NCBI GenBank assembly: GCA_023230105.1
Contig: JALNXY010000006.1
Location: forward strand, 76,886-140,885
DNA: 64,000 bases
Direction of reading: 5' to 3'
DNA from: Verrucomicrobiota bacterium
Lineage (GTDB): Bacteria > Verrucomicrobiota > Verrucomicrobiia > Limisphaerales > UBA1412
How positions within the stretch are numbered: position 1 is the stretch's first letter; every line of letters begins with the position of its first letter. Made by a program: the position numbers and the translations under genes. The notes beneath the pieces were generated by a model. That model searched no databases, was not told where the DNA came from, and saw only the letters and a list, made by a program, of their open reading frames with translations. Shown here piece by piece: positions 1 through 9,332 of the stretch.

Positions 1-2
1 TT

Positions 3-401
3 ACCCCCTGGGCACCGGCGATCCTGTATGCGAAAAATCATGATTATGAAAACTTTTATGCCGATGAGATCACCTCGAGAAAAGAACTTCATTATCCACC
101 GGCAAGCCGCCTGGCTCTTTTGACCATTAAAAGTATGGACGAGGAAAAACTCCAGCTGACAGCTCAGCATATCCGGCAGTTGCTTGATGGAGAATCGTTT
201 CAGTCCATCCGCCCGCTGGTTATTAATGGACCGGTTCCGGCCCTCCTGGAGCGTTCTCAGGGCTATTATCGGTACCATATTCTCTTGAGGACAGCCAAAA
301 TGATGACGCTGAGTCGAAAGCTTTTTGAATTGTATCAATCGGTCAAATGCCCCAAGGGCGTCAGTTTTACGGTCGATATTGACCCGATGGACCTGACTTG
401 A
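3..401 (+). CDS. priA: Primosomal protein N' (PriA helicase), C-terminal fragment; the 5' part lies outside the window
   Basis: Frame 3 is open from the window edge. Translation TPWAPAILYAKNHDYENFYADEITSRKELHYPPASRLALLTIKS...PALLERSQGYYRYHILLRTAK matches the conserved PriA C-terminal region as I recall it. The ORF-track start at 120 is an internal TTG. Confidence 0.7.
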   Translation, partial: TPWAPAILYAKNHDYENFYADEITSRKELHYPPASRLALLTIKSMDEEKLQLTAQHIRQLLDGESFQSIRPLVINGPVPALLERSQGYYRYHILLRTAKMMTLSRKLFELYQSVKCPKGVSFTVDIDPMDLT

Positions 402-710
402 TTCGAATGAGGAGGGGCATAAAAAAGACATTGATTCATGGTTTTTTAGTGTATGTTTTCACTGAAAGCTAATTTTACTGATTCTTCAAGAGCTTGAATA
501 CTCTTTTCCCGTTGAATGAAAACGCCTCCTATGCTACTGTCTTTCTTGATGAAAGACAGGGTGATACAACCCTCAAAAGACTACGGGCAAGGGAAAACGG
601 AATGCGCTTATTGTTGGGACGGGGTGGATTCTGCTTTTTTGTCGTTTAAAAATGCCTCGTGGATTGAGAACCTGCTCTCTTCCTGAAATGCAAATCGTTG
701 ATTGAGCATT

Positions 711-1511
711 ATGAGTGCCTCTGATTTAATTATATTGGCGTTGGTTAGCACAACGATACCTTTCCTGTGTACGACGGCAGGTGCTGGCACCGTGTTCTTT
801 TTTAAGAATGAAATACCGCAGGGAGTTCAACGCGTTTTTCTGGGTTTCGCCGCAGGAGTCATGATAGCCGCCAGCGTTTGGAGCCTGCTCATTCCCGCTA
901 TAAATATGGCAAAGGAACAGGGCGGTAACGGTTTAATCCCGACAACAGGTGGTTTTATTCTGGGAGCTGGATTTCTTTGGTTGCTGGATGCTTTTATGCC
1001 TCACTTGCATCCGGGGTCGGACCAGCCCGAAGGTGTCAAAAGTTCGCTTCAAAGAACTACGCTCCTGGTGTTTGCGGTAACATTGCATAATATTCCGGAG
1101 GGAATGGCTGTCGGATTGGCGGCTAGTGTTGCTCAATATGGAGGGACTGCCGTTATTACAACAGCTTCAGCAATAGCACTTTCTATTGGAATTGGGTTAC
1201 AGAATCTTCCCGAAGGAGCGGCTGTTTCTCTGCCTTTGAGGCGAGAAGGAGTCAGTCGTAGGAAAGCTTTTGGTTTGGGTGTTGTTTCCGCCGTAGTGGA
1301 GCCGATTGGTGCGGTTGTAGCGGTGTTGCTTTCCGGTGGAATTGTCGTACTTATGCCATGGATGTTGGCTTTTTCCGCTGGGGCGATGCTCTATGTGGTA
1401 GTGGAAGAGCTGATACCTGAAGCGCACCTGGGTGAACACTCCAATATCGGCACGATAGGAGTTCTATCGGGTTTTTTAGTAATGATGGTTTTAGATGTGG
1501 CTTTAAGTTAA
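711..1511 (+). CDS. ZIP-family divalent metal permease (ZupT/GufA-like)
   Basis: Multi-TM ORF with paired motifs HNIPEGMAVG and QNLPEGAAVS typical of ZIP transporters. ATG at 711 is preferred over the in-frame TTG at 702. Confidence 0.8.
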   Translation: MSASDLIILALVSTTIPFLCTTAGAGTVFFFKNEIPQGVQRVFLGFAAGVMIAASVWSLLIPAINMAKEQGGNGLIPTTGGFILGAGFLWLLDAFMPHLHPGSDQPEGVKSSLQRTTLLVFAVTLHNIPEGMAVGLAASVAQYGGTAVITTASAIALSIGIGLQNLPEGAAVSLPLRREGVSRRKAFGLGVVSAVVEPIGAVVAVLLSGGIVVLMPWMLAFSAGAMLYVVVEELIPEAHLGEHSNIGTIGVLSGFLVMMVLDVALS

Positions 1512-1616
1512 CAGATAAACGAAGAGAGAGTTTTTCTGCTGGATAGAAGCAAAACACTCGAGTAACTTGATGTGGGCATCCCACCCGGTACGGGGAGAGA
1601 TTTTTAGAAAATAATT

Positions 1617-3407
1617 ATGAACGAAGAAAATTTGCGGGCAACGGATTTTATACGGGAAATAGTAGAAGAAGATTTAAAAAACGGACGTTATCAAAAGATT
1701 ATTACCCGTTTCCCCCCCGAGCCTAATGGGTATTTGCATATTGGACATGCTAAGGCGATCTGTCTAAACTTCGGAATAGCCCGGGAATATAATGGCGTGT
1801 GCCACATCCGCATGGATGACACCAATCCGGTGAAGGAGGAAACCGAATATGTTGACAGCATTCAGGAGGATATTAAATGGCTCATTTCCGGTTGGGCGCA
1901 AGGGTCCCTGGGATTGAAAGAGGCCGACCGTGAGCCGCCTGCGGTTGAAGTGGACGGAAAACTTGATTTTCATGCTCAGGTTTGCAGAGAGCCCGGCGTT
2001 AAAACAGAGCCTTTTTATGCCTCCGATTATTTTGAGGCCTTTTACCAGTTTGCCCTGAAATTGATCCGAATCGGCAAGGCTTACGTGTGTGACCTGACAG
2101 CCGAAGAGGTGGACCAGATGCGTGGAGCCCCTGACAAGCCCGGAATTGAGAGTCCCTACCGGAATCGAAGCGTAGAGGAGAATCTGGATTTATTCCAGAG
2201 AATGAGGGCAGGAGAGTTCCCGGATGGAGCTCGTACTTTGCGTGCCAAAGTGGATATGAAGAGTCCCAACGTCTGGATGCGCGACCCTTTGATCTACCGC
2301 ATTCGCCACGTGTCTCACCATCAAACCGGCGACAAGTGGTGTATTTATCCTCTTTACGATTTTGCTCACTGTGTCAGCGATTATATTGAAGGTATTACTC
2401 ACTCCGTCTGTACGTTGGAGTTCGTCGTGCATAGGCCGATCTATGATTGGTTTCTGGAGATGCTCGATTTGCCGAGACCGCTGCCGCATCAATATGAGTT
2501 CGCCCGCCTGAACCTGACCTATACGGTTATGAGCAAGAGGAAACTCCTGGCATTGGTTCAGCAGGGCAAAGTGGCAGACTGGAACGATCCTCGGATGCCT
2601 ACCATTGCAGGAATGCGCCGTAGAGGATATCCGGCGGCAGCGCTGAGGCTCTTTTGCGAAAAAATCGGAATTGCGAAGCGTGAGAACACGATTGATGTTT
2701 CGCTTCTGGAGTTTTGCGTTCGCGAGGAATTGAACAAGAGCTCATTGCGGGTAATGGGGGTGTTGAAGCCCATCAAGCTCGTTATTGAGAACTATCCTGA
2801 AGGTAAGGTCGAAGAACTTGAGGCGGTCAATAACCCCGAGGATCCCCAAGCGGGGACTCGAAAAGTGCCCTTTAGCCGCGAGCTCTATATTGAGGAGGAT
2901 GACTTCCGGGAGACGCCTCCGCCCAAGTATTACCGGCTGGTTCCTGGTGGAGAAGTGCGCCTGCGCTATGCCTATATTATCAAATGTGTAGGTCTGGAAA
3001 AAGACAGCGAAGGCCGGGTGCATACCATTCGCTGCACTTATGACCCGGATTCCAAGGCCGGAGGTGCCACAAGCGGACGAAAGATAAAGGGGACTATTCA
3101 CTGGGTTTCCGCTCCTCATGCCTTGAAGCGTGAGGTCAGACTTTATGACCGCCTTTTCAATGTAGAGGATCCGGCTGATGAAAGTGATGGACAGGACTGG
3201 ATGACTCACCTGAACCCGGGGGCGCTGGAAGTGCTTCCCAATTGCTTCATTGAGCCATTTGTGAAGGATGCGCTGGTCGGTCAGGTTTATCAGTTTGAGC
3301 GGTTGGGTTATTTCTGTGTTGATGAAGATAAGGCGCAAGACGGTTCAAATGTGTTTAATCGCACCGTGACGCTTCGGGATTCCTGGGCAAAAACGCAAAA
3401 AAAGTAA
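1617..3407 (+). CDS. glnS: Glutaminyl-tRNA synthetase
   Basis: Class I motifs PNGYLHIGHAKA (HIGH) and VMSKRKL (KMSKS). Collinear by eye with E. coli GlnRS (WCIYPLYDFAHC, PRMPTIAGMRRRGY, FQFERLGYFCVD, NRTVTLRDSWAK). Confidence 0.9.
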   Translation: MNEENLRATDFIREIVEEDLKNGRYQKIITRFPPEPNGYLHIGHAKAICLNFGIAREYNGVCHIRMDDTNPVKEETEYVDSIQEDIKWLISGWAQGSLGLKEADREPPAVEVDGKLDFHAQVCREPGVKTEPFYASDYFEAFYQFALKLIRIGKAYVCDLTAEEVDQMRGAPDKPGIESPYRNRSVEENLDLFQRMRAGEFPDGARTLRAKVDMKSPNVWMRDPLIYRIRHVSHHQTGDKWCIYPLYDFAHCVSDYIEGITHSVCTLEFVVHRPIYDWFLEMLDLPRPLPHQYEFARLNLTYTVMSKRKLLALVQQGKVADWNDPRMPTIAGMRRRGYPAAALRLFCEKIGIAKRENTIDVSLLEFCVREELNKSSLRVMGVLKPIKLVIENYPEGKVEELEAVNNPEDPQAGTRKVPFSRELYIEEDDFRETPPPKYYRLVPGGEVRLRYAYIIKCVGLEKDSEGRVHTIRCTYDPDSKAGGATSGRKIKGTIHWVSAPHALKREVRLYDRLFNVEDPADESDGQDWMTHLNPGALEVLPNCFIEPFVKDALVGQVYQFERLGYFCVDEDKAQDGSNVFNRTVTLRDSWAKTQKK

Positions 3408-3486
3408 GGCGTGTAAACAGGTTGTCGTTTTGAATTACAAACCGTTTGTGGTTTGCTGATCTTATTTTAAATAATAACTCACTCTA

Positions 3487-3517
3487 AAAACCAGGGATAT
3501 GTTCTCTGGTTTTTTTG
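3487..3517 (+). terminator. Putative rho-independent terminator after glnS
   Basis: AACCAG...CTGGTT stem followed by TTTTTTT (aaaaccagggatatgttctctggttttttt). Confidence 0.5.
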
Positions 3518-3540
3518 CTTTCAGCTCCCCGTGATAAAAC

Positions 3541-3569
3541 TTGCCAGTCGAGGGGAATATGCATAGGAT
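3541..3569 (+). promoter_or_regulatory. Candidate sigma70-type promoter for the GH127 gene
   Basis: TTGCCA, 17-nt spacer, TAGGAT, about 20 nt upstream of the ATG at 3590. Confidence 0.3.
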
Positions 3570-3589
3570 GACGCCAACTTAGTTTTGAT

Positions 3590-5962
3590 ATGAATATAAC
3601 ATACTACTGCATAACGGGTCTGGCAGCTTTATTTCTGGTGGGTGGCACTACCGCGGCAGTTGCTGATACTACCGATAATGATCGCTTCCAGCTGGCTCTA
3701 ACACCTCAAGCTCCGCCAAAAGCGCAGCCCTTCAGCCTGCAGGATGTCAAACTGCTGGATGGCTTATTCCTGGATGGTCAGAAAGTATCAGCCGAGTATC
3801 TTCTCTCTCTGGAGCCGGATCGGTTTCTGGCTTGGTTTCGCAGTAATGCTGGCTTGGAGCCCAAGGCTAAGCATTACGAAGGCTGGGAGTCGATGTCGAT
3901 AGCCGGGCATTCTTGCGGTCATTATTTGAGTGCCTGTGCTCTGGCTTACGCATCTACCAGGAATCCCGAATTTCTAAAGCGAGTGAACTATATTGTCTCC
4001 GAGTTTGCCGAGTGCCAGAAAGCCAAAAACTCCGGTTTGATCAGCGCTATACCCGGAGGAGAAAAGTGTATGGATGAATTGCGGTCGGGAGTGGTTCGCT
4101 CGGAAGGGTTCAACTTGAATGGTATTTGGGTTCCTTTCTATACGTACCACAAACAGCTTGCGGGGTTGCGGGATGCTTACCGGATTTGCGGAAACCGGGA
4201 GGCTCTTGAGGTGTCTGAAAAGTTTGCGGATTATCTTTTGGATGTGGTGAATGGGCTTGATGAAGAAAAGATGCAGCAGGTTCTTTTCTGCGAGCATGGA
4301 GGTATGAACGAAGTCCTGGCTGATCTTTATGCTGATACGGGAGAAGAGCGTTATCTCTCGGCCGCACGGCGCTTTCATCATCGGTTAATTCTGGATCCAC
4401 TAATTGAAGGTAGAGACATTTTGCCCGGGAAGCACGCCAACACGCAAGTTCCGAAACTGGTAGGTTTGGCCACTCTTTATGAAATTACGGGCAATCCTGC
4501 AGACCGGAACGGCGCTGAATTTTTCTGGGAGAGGGTAGTGCATCATCACTCCTATGTTACGGGCGGACACTGCAACCGCGAGTATTTCTCTCAACCTGAT
4601 AAACTGAACGATAGATTGAGCCAGGATACCACCGAAACATGCAACGTGAATAACATGTTGAAGCTCACGCGCCACGTGTTTGGCTGGAGGCCTGAGGCGG
4701 AAGTGGGGGATTTTTTTGAGAGAGCGTTGTATAATCACATTCTTTCCAGCCATAGCCCTGAGGGAAGAGTCATTTACAATCTTTCGCTGAAGCAGGGTGG
4801 ACACAAAGTTTATCAAAGGCCGTATGATGATTTTACTTGCTGCGTGGGTACGGGCTTTGAAAATCATGTGAAGTATTGCGACGGAATCTATTTCCACAAT
4901 GATTCAAACTTGTGGGTGAACTTGTTTATAGCTTCGGAATTGAACTGGGAGGCCAAGGGAATTCGGTTAACCCAGGAGACTCGCTACCCCGATGAAAGTA
5001 CGAGCAAAATCACACTGAGTTGCGAGGAGCCCAAGACTTTTACGTTGCAGATACGGCATCCGGGTTGGGCTTCGGATGGAGCCTTTGTGAAGGTAAATGG
5101 AGTTGTGGAAAAGGCATCCTGGCAACCGGCCTCTTTCATCAAACTGGATCGACAGTGGAAAGATGGAGACGTGATCCAGATCGAGATTCCCATGAAACTG
5201 CGCAAAGAATCCATGCCGGATAATCCAAACCGGATTGCTATTTTCTATGGCCCCATCCTGCTGGCAGCGCAATTGGGTGAGGTGGGCGATCCCTCTAAAA
5301 TCAATGAGGGTTTTGTGCCAATCCTGAAGATGGAGGATAATGAGCCGCTCTGCAAATGGGTTAAGCCCGTTGAAGGCAAGTCGCTGACTTTCCGGACGGA
5401 GGCGGTTGGTTATCCTCGCGATGTGGAGCTGGTCCCGTTCTTCCGTCTGCATGGCAGTGAAAAATATTACACCGTCTATTTGGATGTCTATTCGGAAGAG
5501 CAATACCGTGAGCTTAAGGATAGAATTGAAGCAGAGGAGGCGGCAAAAGCGCTCCTGGAAAAGAGAACGGTGGATTTGTTTTTCATCGGGCAAATGCAGC
5601 CCGAACGCGATCATAACCTCACGGGAGAAAAAACGAGCGTCGGAGAGCATCAGGGACGTAAGTGGCGCCATGCAGCAAGCGACGGGTGGTTCGCCTTTGA
5701 CATGAAAGTGGACCCGGAAGTGGAGAATATATTGACTTGCACCTATTGGGGAGGAGATCACCGTACTTTTGAGATTCAGGTCGACGGAGAGTTCTTGGCT
5801 CGTCAGGAGCTCAAAGGAGAGCCGGCCAATCGGTTCATCGACGTGGAGTACAAGCTCCCCTCAAAATTCACGCAGGATAAAAACAAGGTGAACATAAAGT
5901 TTTTGCCAGTCGGTAACAGTTATGCCGGTGGACTTTTCGGAGTGAGAATGTTGCGGGAGTAG
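3590..5962 (+). CDS. Secreted GH127-like glycoside hydrolase (beta-L-arabinofuranosidase/DUF1680 family) with a C-terminal beta-sandwich extension
   Basis: N-terminal signal peptide (LAALFLVGGTTAAVA). Family-typical strings GHSCGHYLSA, GGMNEVLADLY, HANTQVPK, TETCN and CCVGTG (Cys-rich catalytic/zinc region of GH127). Confidence 0.7.
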   Translation: MNITYYCITGLAALFLVGGTTAAVADTTDNDRFQLALTPQAPPKAQPFSLQDVKLLDGLFLDGQKVSAEYLLSLEPDRFLAWFRSNAGLEPKAKHYEGWESMSIAGHSCGHYLSACALAYASTRNPEFLKRVNYIVSEFAECQKAKNSGLISAIPGGEKCMDELRSGVVRSEGFNLNGIWVPFYTYHKQLAGLRDAYRICGNREALEVSEKFADYLLDVVNGLDEEKMQQVLFCEHGGMNEVLADLYADTGEERYLSAARRFHHRLILDPLIEGRDILPGKHANTQVPKLVGLATLYEITGNPADRNGAEFFWERVVHHHSYVTGGHCNREYFSQPDKLNDRLSQDTTETCNVNNMLKLTRHVFGWRPEAEVGDFFERALYNHILSSHSPEGRVIYNLSLKQGGHKVYQRPYDDFTCCVGTGFENHVKYCDGIYFHNDSNLWVNLFIASELNWEAKGIRLTQETRYPDESTSKITLSCEEPKTFTLQIRHPGWASDGAFVKVNGVVEKASWQPASFIKLDRQWKDGDVIQIEIPMKLRKESMPDNPNRIAIFYGPILLAAQLGEVGDPSKINEGFVPILKMEDNEPLCKWVKPVEGKSLTFRTEAVGYPRDVELVPFFRLHGSEKYYTVYLDVYSEEQYRELKDRIEAEEAAKALLEKRTVDLFFIGQMQPERDHNLTGEKTSVGEHQGRKWRHAASDGWFAFDMKVDPEVENILTCTYWGGDHRTFEIQVDGEFLARQELKGEPANRFIDVEYKLPSKFTQDKNKVNIKFLPVGNSYAGGLFGVRMLRE

Positions 5963-6010
5963 GGCGCTTATTCTGCAAATCACTTCGACGGATGCGGCCC
6001 ATCTGAATCG

Positions 6011-6050
6011 CCGCCGGGAAGTTTATCCCGGAGGGCGGTTCAGTTTGTTG
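6011..6050 (+). terminator. Possible terminator after the GH127 gene
   Basis: GC-rich hairpin CCGCCGGGAAGTTTATCCCGGAGGGCGG followed by the T-rich ttcagtttgtt. Two competing pairings are possible. Confidence 0.35.
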
Positions 6051-6233
6051 AGAGCGGGAGGAAAGGTGCTGGACAAAAAGCTCTTTGGATATATAATAAT
6101 CCTGCTGTGGCGGTTTATTTCGCTAATACATGCTGTTTAAGCGGTGGTGGTAGGAAACGGGTGCATTGGTCTCGCCTTGGCAGTGTATAATGTATCTAAA
6201 TAATTAACTTAAAAACAGATAGTAGTAGTAAAT

Positions 6234-6509
6234 ATGAACAGTTTATTAGCGTTTGGGATGCCCGGTGGAACCGAACTGATAATCATTCTGGTAGTGGTCT
6301 TGCTTCTCTTCGGAGCAAAGAAAATACCTGAGTTGGCGAAAGGTTTGGGTACCGGAATTAAGGAGTTCAAAAAGGCCACCACCAACATCAACGATGAGAT
6401 TCAGCATGCGATGGATGAACCCGTGAAGACGAACTCCGGTTCAAAGGAATCACCCCAAAAGACGGCTTCGACAGAAGAGTCGAAAGACGACGCCTCACCC
6501 AAGGCTTAA
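6234..6509 (+). CDS. tatA: Twin-arginine translocase subunit TatA/E
   Basis: [42 protein letters not shown] is the canonical TatA TM helix plus amphipathic helix. Confidence 0.85.
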   Translation: MNSLLAFGMPGGTELIIILVVVLLLFGAKKIPELAKGLGTGIKEFKKATTNINDEIQHAMDEPVKTNSGSKESPQKTASTEESKDDASPKA

Positions 6510-6541
6510 CATTTCTTCCCAAAATCAATTTGTAGAAGAAT

Positions 6542-8020
6542 ATGGCTACCGAGCCTGAAGATCCGATATTGGATTCGGAGGACGAGGGTGGGCCGATGAA
6601 AGGTTTTCTGGAGCACCTGGAGGATTTACGCTGGGTGCTCTTGAAGAGCATAACGGCTTTATTCGTCGCACTTTTGGTGTGCCTCTTTGGCGCACCTTTC
6701 CTGGTAGGTGTCTTGAAATATCCTCTGGAGCAATCCGCCAAGCTGAGTTCGCTCTATGGGGGTGAGGATATCTCTATTGCAGTAAAGATTGGTACTAACT
6801 CTGTCGGTATGTTCAAGCCGGGAGCGGAGTATCTCAAAGGTCTGGAAACGGCGCTCAACGTCAATTCCAATCAAAGTTTCGTCATAGATTTAAAGCCCAT
6901 TATACATGGTACTAATAATTATCTGGGCTTCACAGTCAGTACCAATGAAACGGATTTTCCAGGGAAAGCCCCTGTCGAACTTCTCAATTTAAGCCCAGTC
7001 TCGGGCTTCATGGTAGCGCTGCAAGTGGCTTTTTACGGTGGGTTAGTTTTCTCAGCTCCGTTCATTCTCTTTTTTATCGCACAGTTCATCTTGCCCGCTT
7101 TGAAGGTCAATGAATTGCGCTATGTGAGAAAGGCCTTTGTTTTCAGTATCGGGCTGTTCGCCCTGGGCGTCAGTCTTTGCTACTTCATCATGCTCCCCGT
7201 CGCGCTGAGGGCAGCCGTTTGGTTTTCCAATCAGATGGGCTTTGGCGCATTGCAATGGACAGCGGATACCTATATCGGTTTTGTTACCAAATTCATGCTG
7301 GCTATGGGGATCGGTTTTGAACTGCCAGTCTTTTTGCTTCTCTTTGTTAAACTGGGTTTTATCAGCTATAGCACACTGGCGAAGAACAGAAAGATTGTCT
7401 TCCTGGTGATCTTGCTGATTGCAACTGTGCTGACTCCTCCGGATGTGGTGACTCAGATTGCGATGACGATTCCGCTTTATGGACTTTTTGAGCTGACGGC
7501 ACTGATCGCCTGGTGGTGGGAGCGCAAAGACAAGAAGCTGGCAGCGGCTCAGGAAGCTGCTGAAGAAGCTGAACGGGAAGCCCAGCGAAAGCGCAGAAAT
7601 GAGCGGGTAGCGGCCGAAGCCGCCGAAGCAGAGAAGCGCAAGGCAGAAGGTGAGGAAGCTGTAGCACCAGTGACAGGAGGACCCGAAACAGAGTCCGAAA
7701 AAACTGAGACCACTGAGGAGCCCCAGGGTGAAGCATCCTCGCGGGATGAGGAATCCGCTCAAAAGGCCGATGCGCCTCAAGTTGAGCAGGAAGAGTTTAT
7801 CCCTGAAGGGGAGCCGGAACCGTCTTATGTTCCGCCTCTGCCGGATGCCGGCTATCAGCCTTACCTGGAAGCACTGGAAAACTCCAAGCGTTCAGCGGAT
7901 TCTGAAACGGAGAGCCCTGAAGCTGAATCACCGGAAGAGGAGATAATTGAAGAAGAACCTCAGAAGAAAAAATCCGATCAGGTTGATGATTCAGATAGAA
8001 ACCCGGACATTCCCTTGTAA
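6542..8020 (+). CDS. tatC: Twin-arginine translocase subunit TatC, expanded (492 aa)
   Basis: N-terminal MKGFLEHLEDLRWVLLKS and six TM segments typical of TatC. It also has an enlarged first periplasmic loop and a roughly 165-aa acidic C-terminal tail. Confidence 0.85.
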   Translation: MATEPEDPILDSEDEGGPMKGFLEHLEDLRWVLLKSITALFVALLVCLFGAPFLVGVLKYPLEQSAKLSSLYGGEDISIAVKIGTNSVGMFKPGAEYLKGLETALNVNSNQSFVIDLKPIIHGTNNYLGFTVSTNETDFPGKAPVELLNLSPVSGFMVALQVAFYGGLVFSAPFILFFIAQFILPALKVNELRYVRKAFVFSIGLFALGVSLCYFIMLPVALRAAVWFSNQMGFGALQWTADTYIGFVTKFMLAMGIGFELPVFLLLFVKLGFISYSTLAKNRKIVFLVILLIATVLTPPDVVTQIAMTIPLYGLFELTALIAWWWERKDKKLAAAQEAAEEAEREAQRKRRNERVAAEAAEAEKRKAEGEEAVAPVTGGPETESEKTETTEEPQGEASSRDEESAQKADAPQVEQEEFIPEGEPEPSYVPPLPDAGYQPYLEALENSKRSADSETESPEAESPEEEIIEEEPQKKKSDQVDDSDRNPDIPL

Positions 8021-8021
8021 A

Positions 8022-9323
8022 ATGAAAGTCATAAAATATACCGATGCGGACTTCGATGCGAAGTTCAGCGCCGTGCTGGCAACATCGAGTTTATTCGATG
8101 CGGAAATTGAGAAGCGAGTTCTCAATATCGTAGAGCAGGTGCGGCTTCATGGAGATCAGGCGCTGGTCGATTTCGCTGCTAAATTTGACAAAGTGCAGAT
8201 GGATGCATCGCGTCTTAAGGTTACCGTAGAAGAAGAGGTTGCAGCGGCGCTCAAGACAGTGATTCAACCGGGAGTGGACAGTGCTCTCAAGGAGGCTCTG
8301 AAAAACATTACCTCTTTTGCTAAAAAATCCCTTCGGAAGAACTGGAAGTCGAAAAATTCGCACGGTGCTCTGGTGGGTGAGAAGTATGATCCTTTCAAAC
8401 GGGTCGGAATTTACGTTCCCGCTGGGAAGGCACCATTGGCCAGCTCGGCCCTGATGACTATTAGTTTGGCGAAGGTAGCCGGGTGTAAGGAGATCGTCGT
8501 TTGCAGCCCATGCGGCAAAGACGGCTCCCTACAGCCGGAGCTGCTCTACGCGGCGGTTCTTGCCGGGGCTACTGAGGTTTACCGTGTAGGTGGAGCTCAG
8601 GCGATTGCAGCCATGGCTTATGGCACCCCCACAATCGGCAAAGTGCAGAAAATATTCGGGCCGGGCAATGCTTATGTGGTTGCCGCAAAACGGATGCTTT
8701 TTGGGCATGTTGCCGTGGATCTGCTTCCGGGGCCCAGCGAGGTGCTGGTGATCGCTGATTCAAGCGCTAACCCTGCTTTTATCGCTGCAGATATATTGGC
8801 TCAAGCCGAGCACGGTTCGGGCAAAGAGAGGGTCTGGCTGGTGAGCACTTCGGCCAAAATATTGGAAAAGGTGGAGAAGGAAATCACTCGACAACTGGAG
8901 CGAGCCGATCGCAAAGAGCTTCTTTCCGAAGTCCTGGAAAAAGGGACTGCCTTAATCTTGGCGAAAAATATTCAGCATGCAGTGGAACTGGCGAACCTTC
9001 TGGCGCCCGAACACTGTGAAGTGATGACAAAAGAGCCTGGGAGCGTTGCCGAAGGAATACATACGGCGGGCGCTTTGATGCTGGGGAGTTACTCTCCGGC
9101 GGTCCTGGGCGATTATGTTGCCGGGCCGAGCCATGAGTTGCCTACGGGCGGAGCGGGCGTATCGTTTGCCGGGCTTACGGTGGATCAATTCCAGCGCAGA
9201 ACAAGTCTGGTGGAATACACGAAAGAGAATTTGAAAAAAGCGCTGCCGGCAGTGAAAAAGTTCGCCGGTATGGAGGGCCTTACTGCCCACGGACGCTCTG
9301 CGGAACTGAGGTTGGAGAATTAA
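8022..9323 (+). CDS. hisD: Histidinol dehydrogenase
   Basis: Motifs GPGNAYVVAAKR, PSEVLVIAD, AQAEHG and APEH. ATG at 8022 (MKVIKYTDADF) lies 1 nt after the tatC stop. The ORF-track start at 7947 would overlap the tatC tail. Confidence 0.9.
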   Translation: MKVIKYTDADFDAKFSAVLATSSLFDAEIEKRVLNIVEQVRLHGDQALVDFAAKFDKVQMDASRLKVTVEEEVAAALKTVIQPGVDSALKEALKNITSFAKKSLRKNWKSKNSHGALVGEKYDPFKRVGIYVPAGKAPLASSALMTISLAKVAGCKEIVVCSPCGKDGSLQPELLYAAVLAGATEVYRVGGAQAIAAMAYGTPTIGKVQKIFGPGNAYVVAAKRMLFGHVAVDLLPGPSEVLVIADSSANPAFIAADILAQAEHGSGKERVWLVSTSAKILEKVEKEITRQLERADRKELLSEVLEKGTALILAKNIQHAVELANLLAPEHCEVMTKEPGSVAEGIHTAGALMLGSYSPAVLGDYVAGPSHELPTGGAGVSFAGLTVDQFQRRTSLVEYTKENLKKALPAVKKFAGMEGLTAHGRSAELRLEN

Positions 9324-9332
9324 TCTCTCTTT

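Noticed and set aside
608-790. 60-aa minus-strand ORF overlapping the ZIP gene start
   Set aside because: It overlaps the 5' end of a well-supported gene on the other strand, is short, and has no motif.
4967-5761. 264-aa ORF on the minus strand inside the GH127 gene (also 4400-4897 and 3974-4381)
   Set aside because: Antisense shadow of a gene with clear family motifs. The translations are R/S/L/C-rich with no motif, and a co-located real gene explains the open frame.
7052-7780. 242-aa minus-strand ORF and the overlapping 7362-7736 ORF opposite the tatC tail
   Set aside because: They lie opposite a GAA/GCA-rich low-complexity coding tail. The antisense frames stay open for compositional reasons only.
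7947-8021. 25-codon N-terminal extension of hisD in the ORF track (MKKNLRRKNPIRLM...)
   Set aside because: It overlaps the end of tatC in another frame. The conserved HisD N-terminus begins at MKVIKY (ATG 8022), immediately after the tatC stop.
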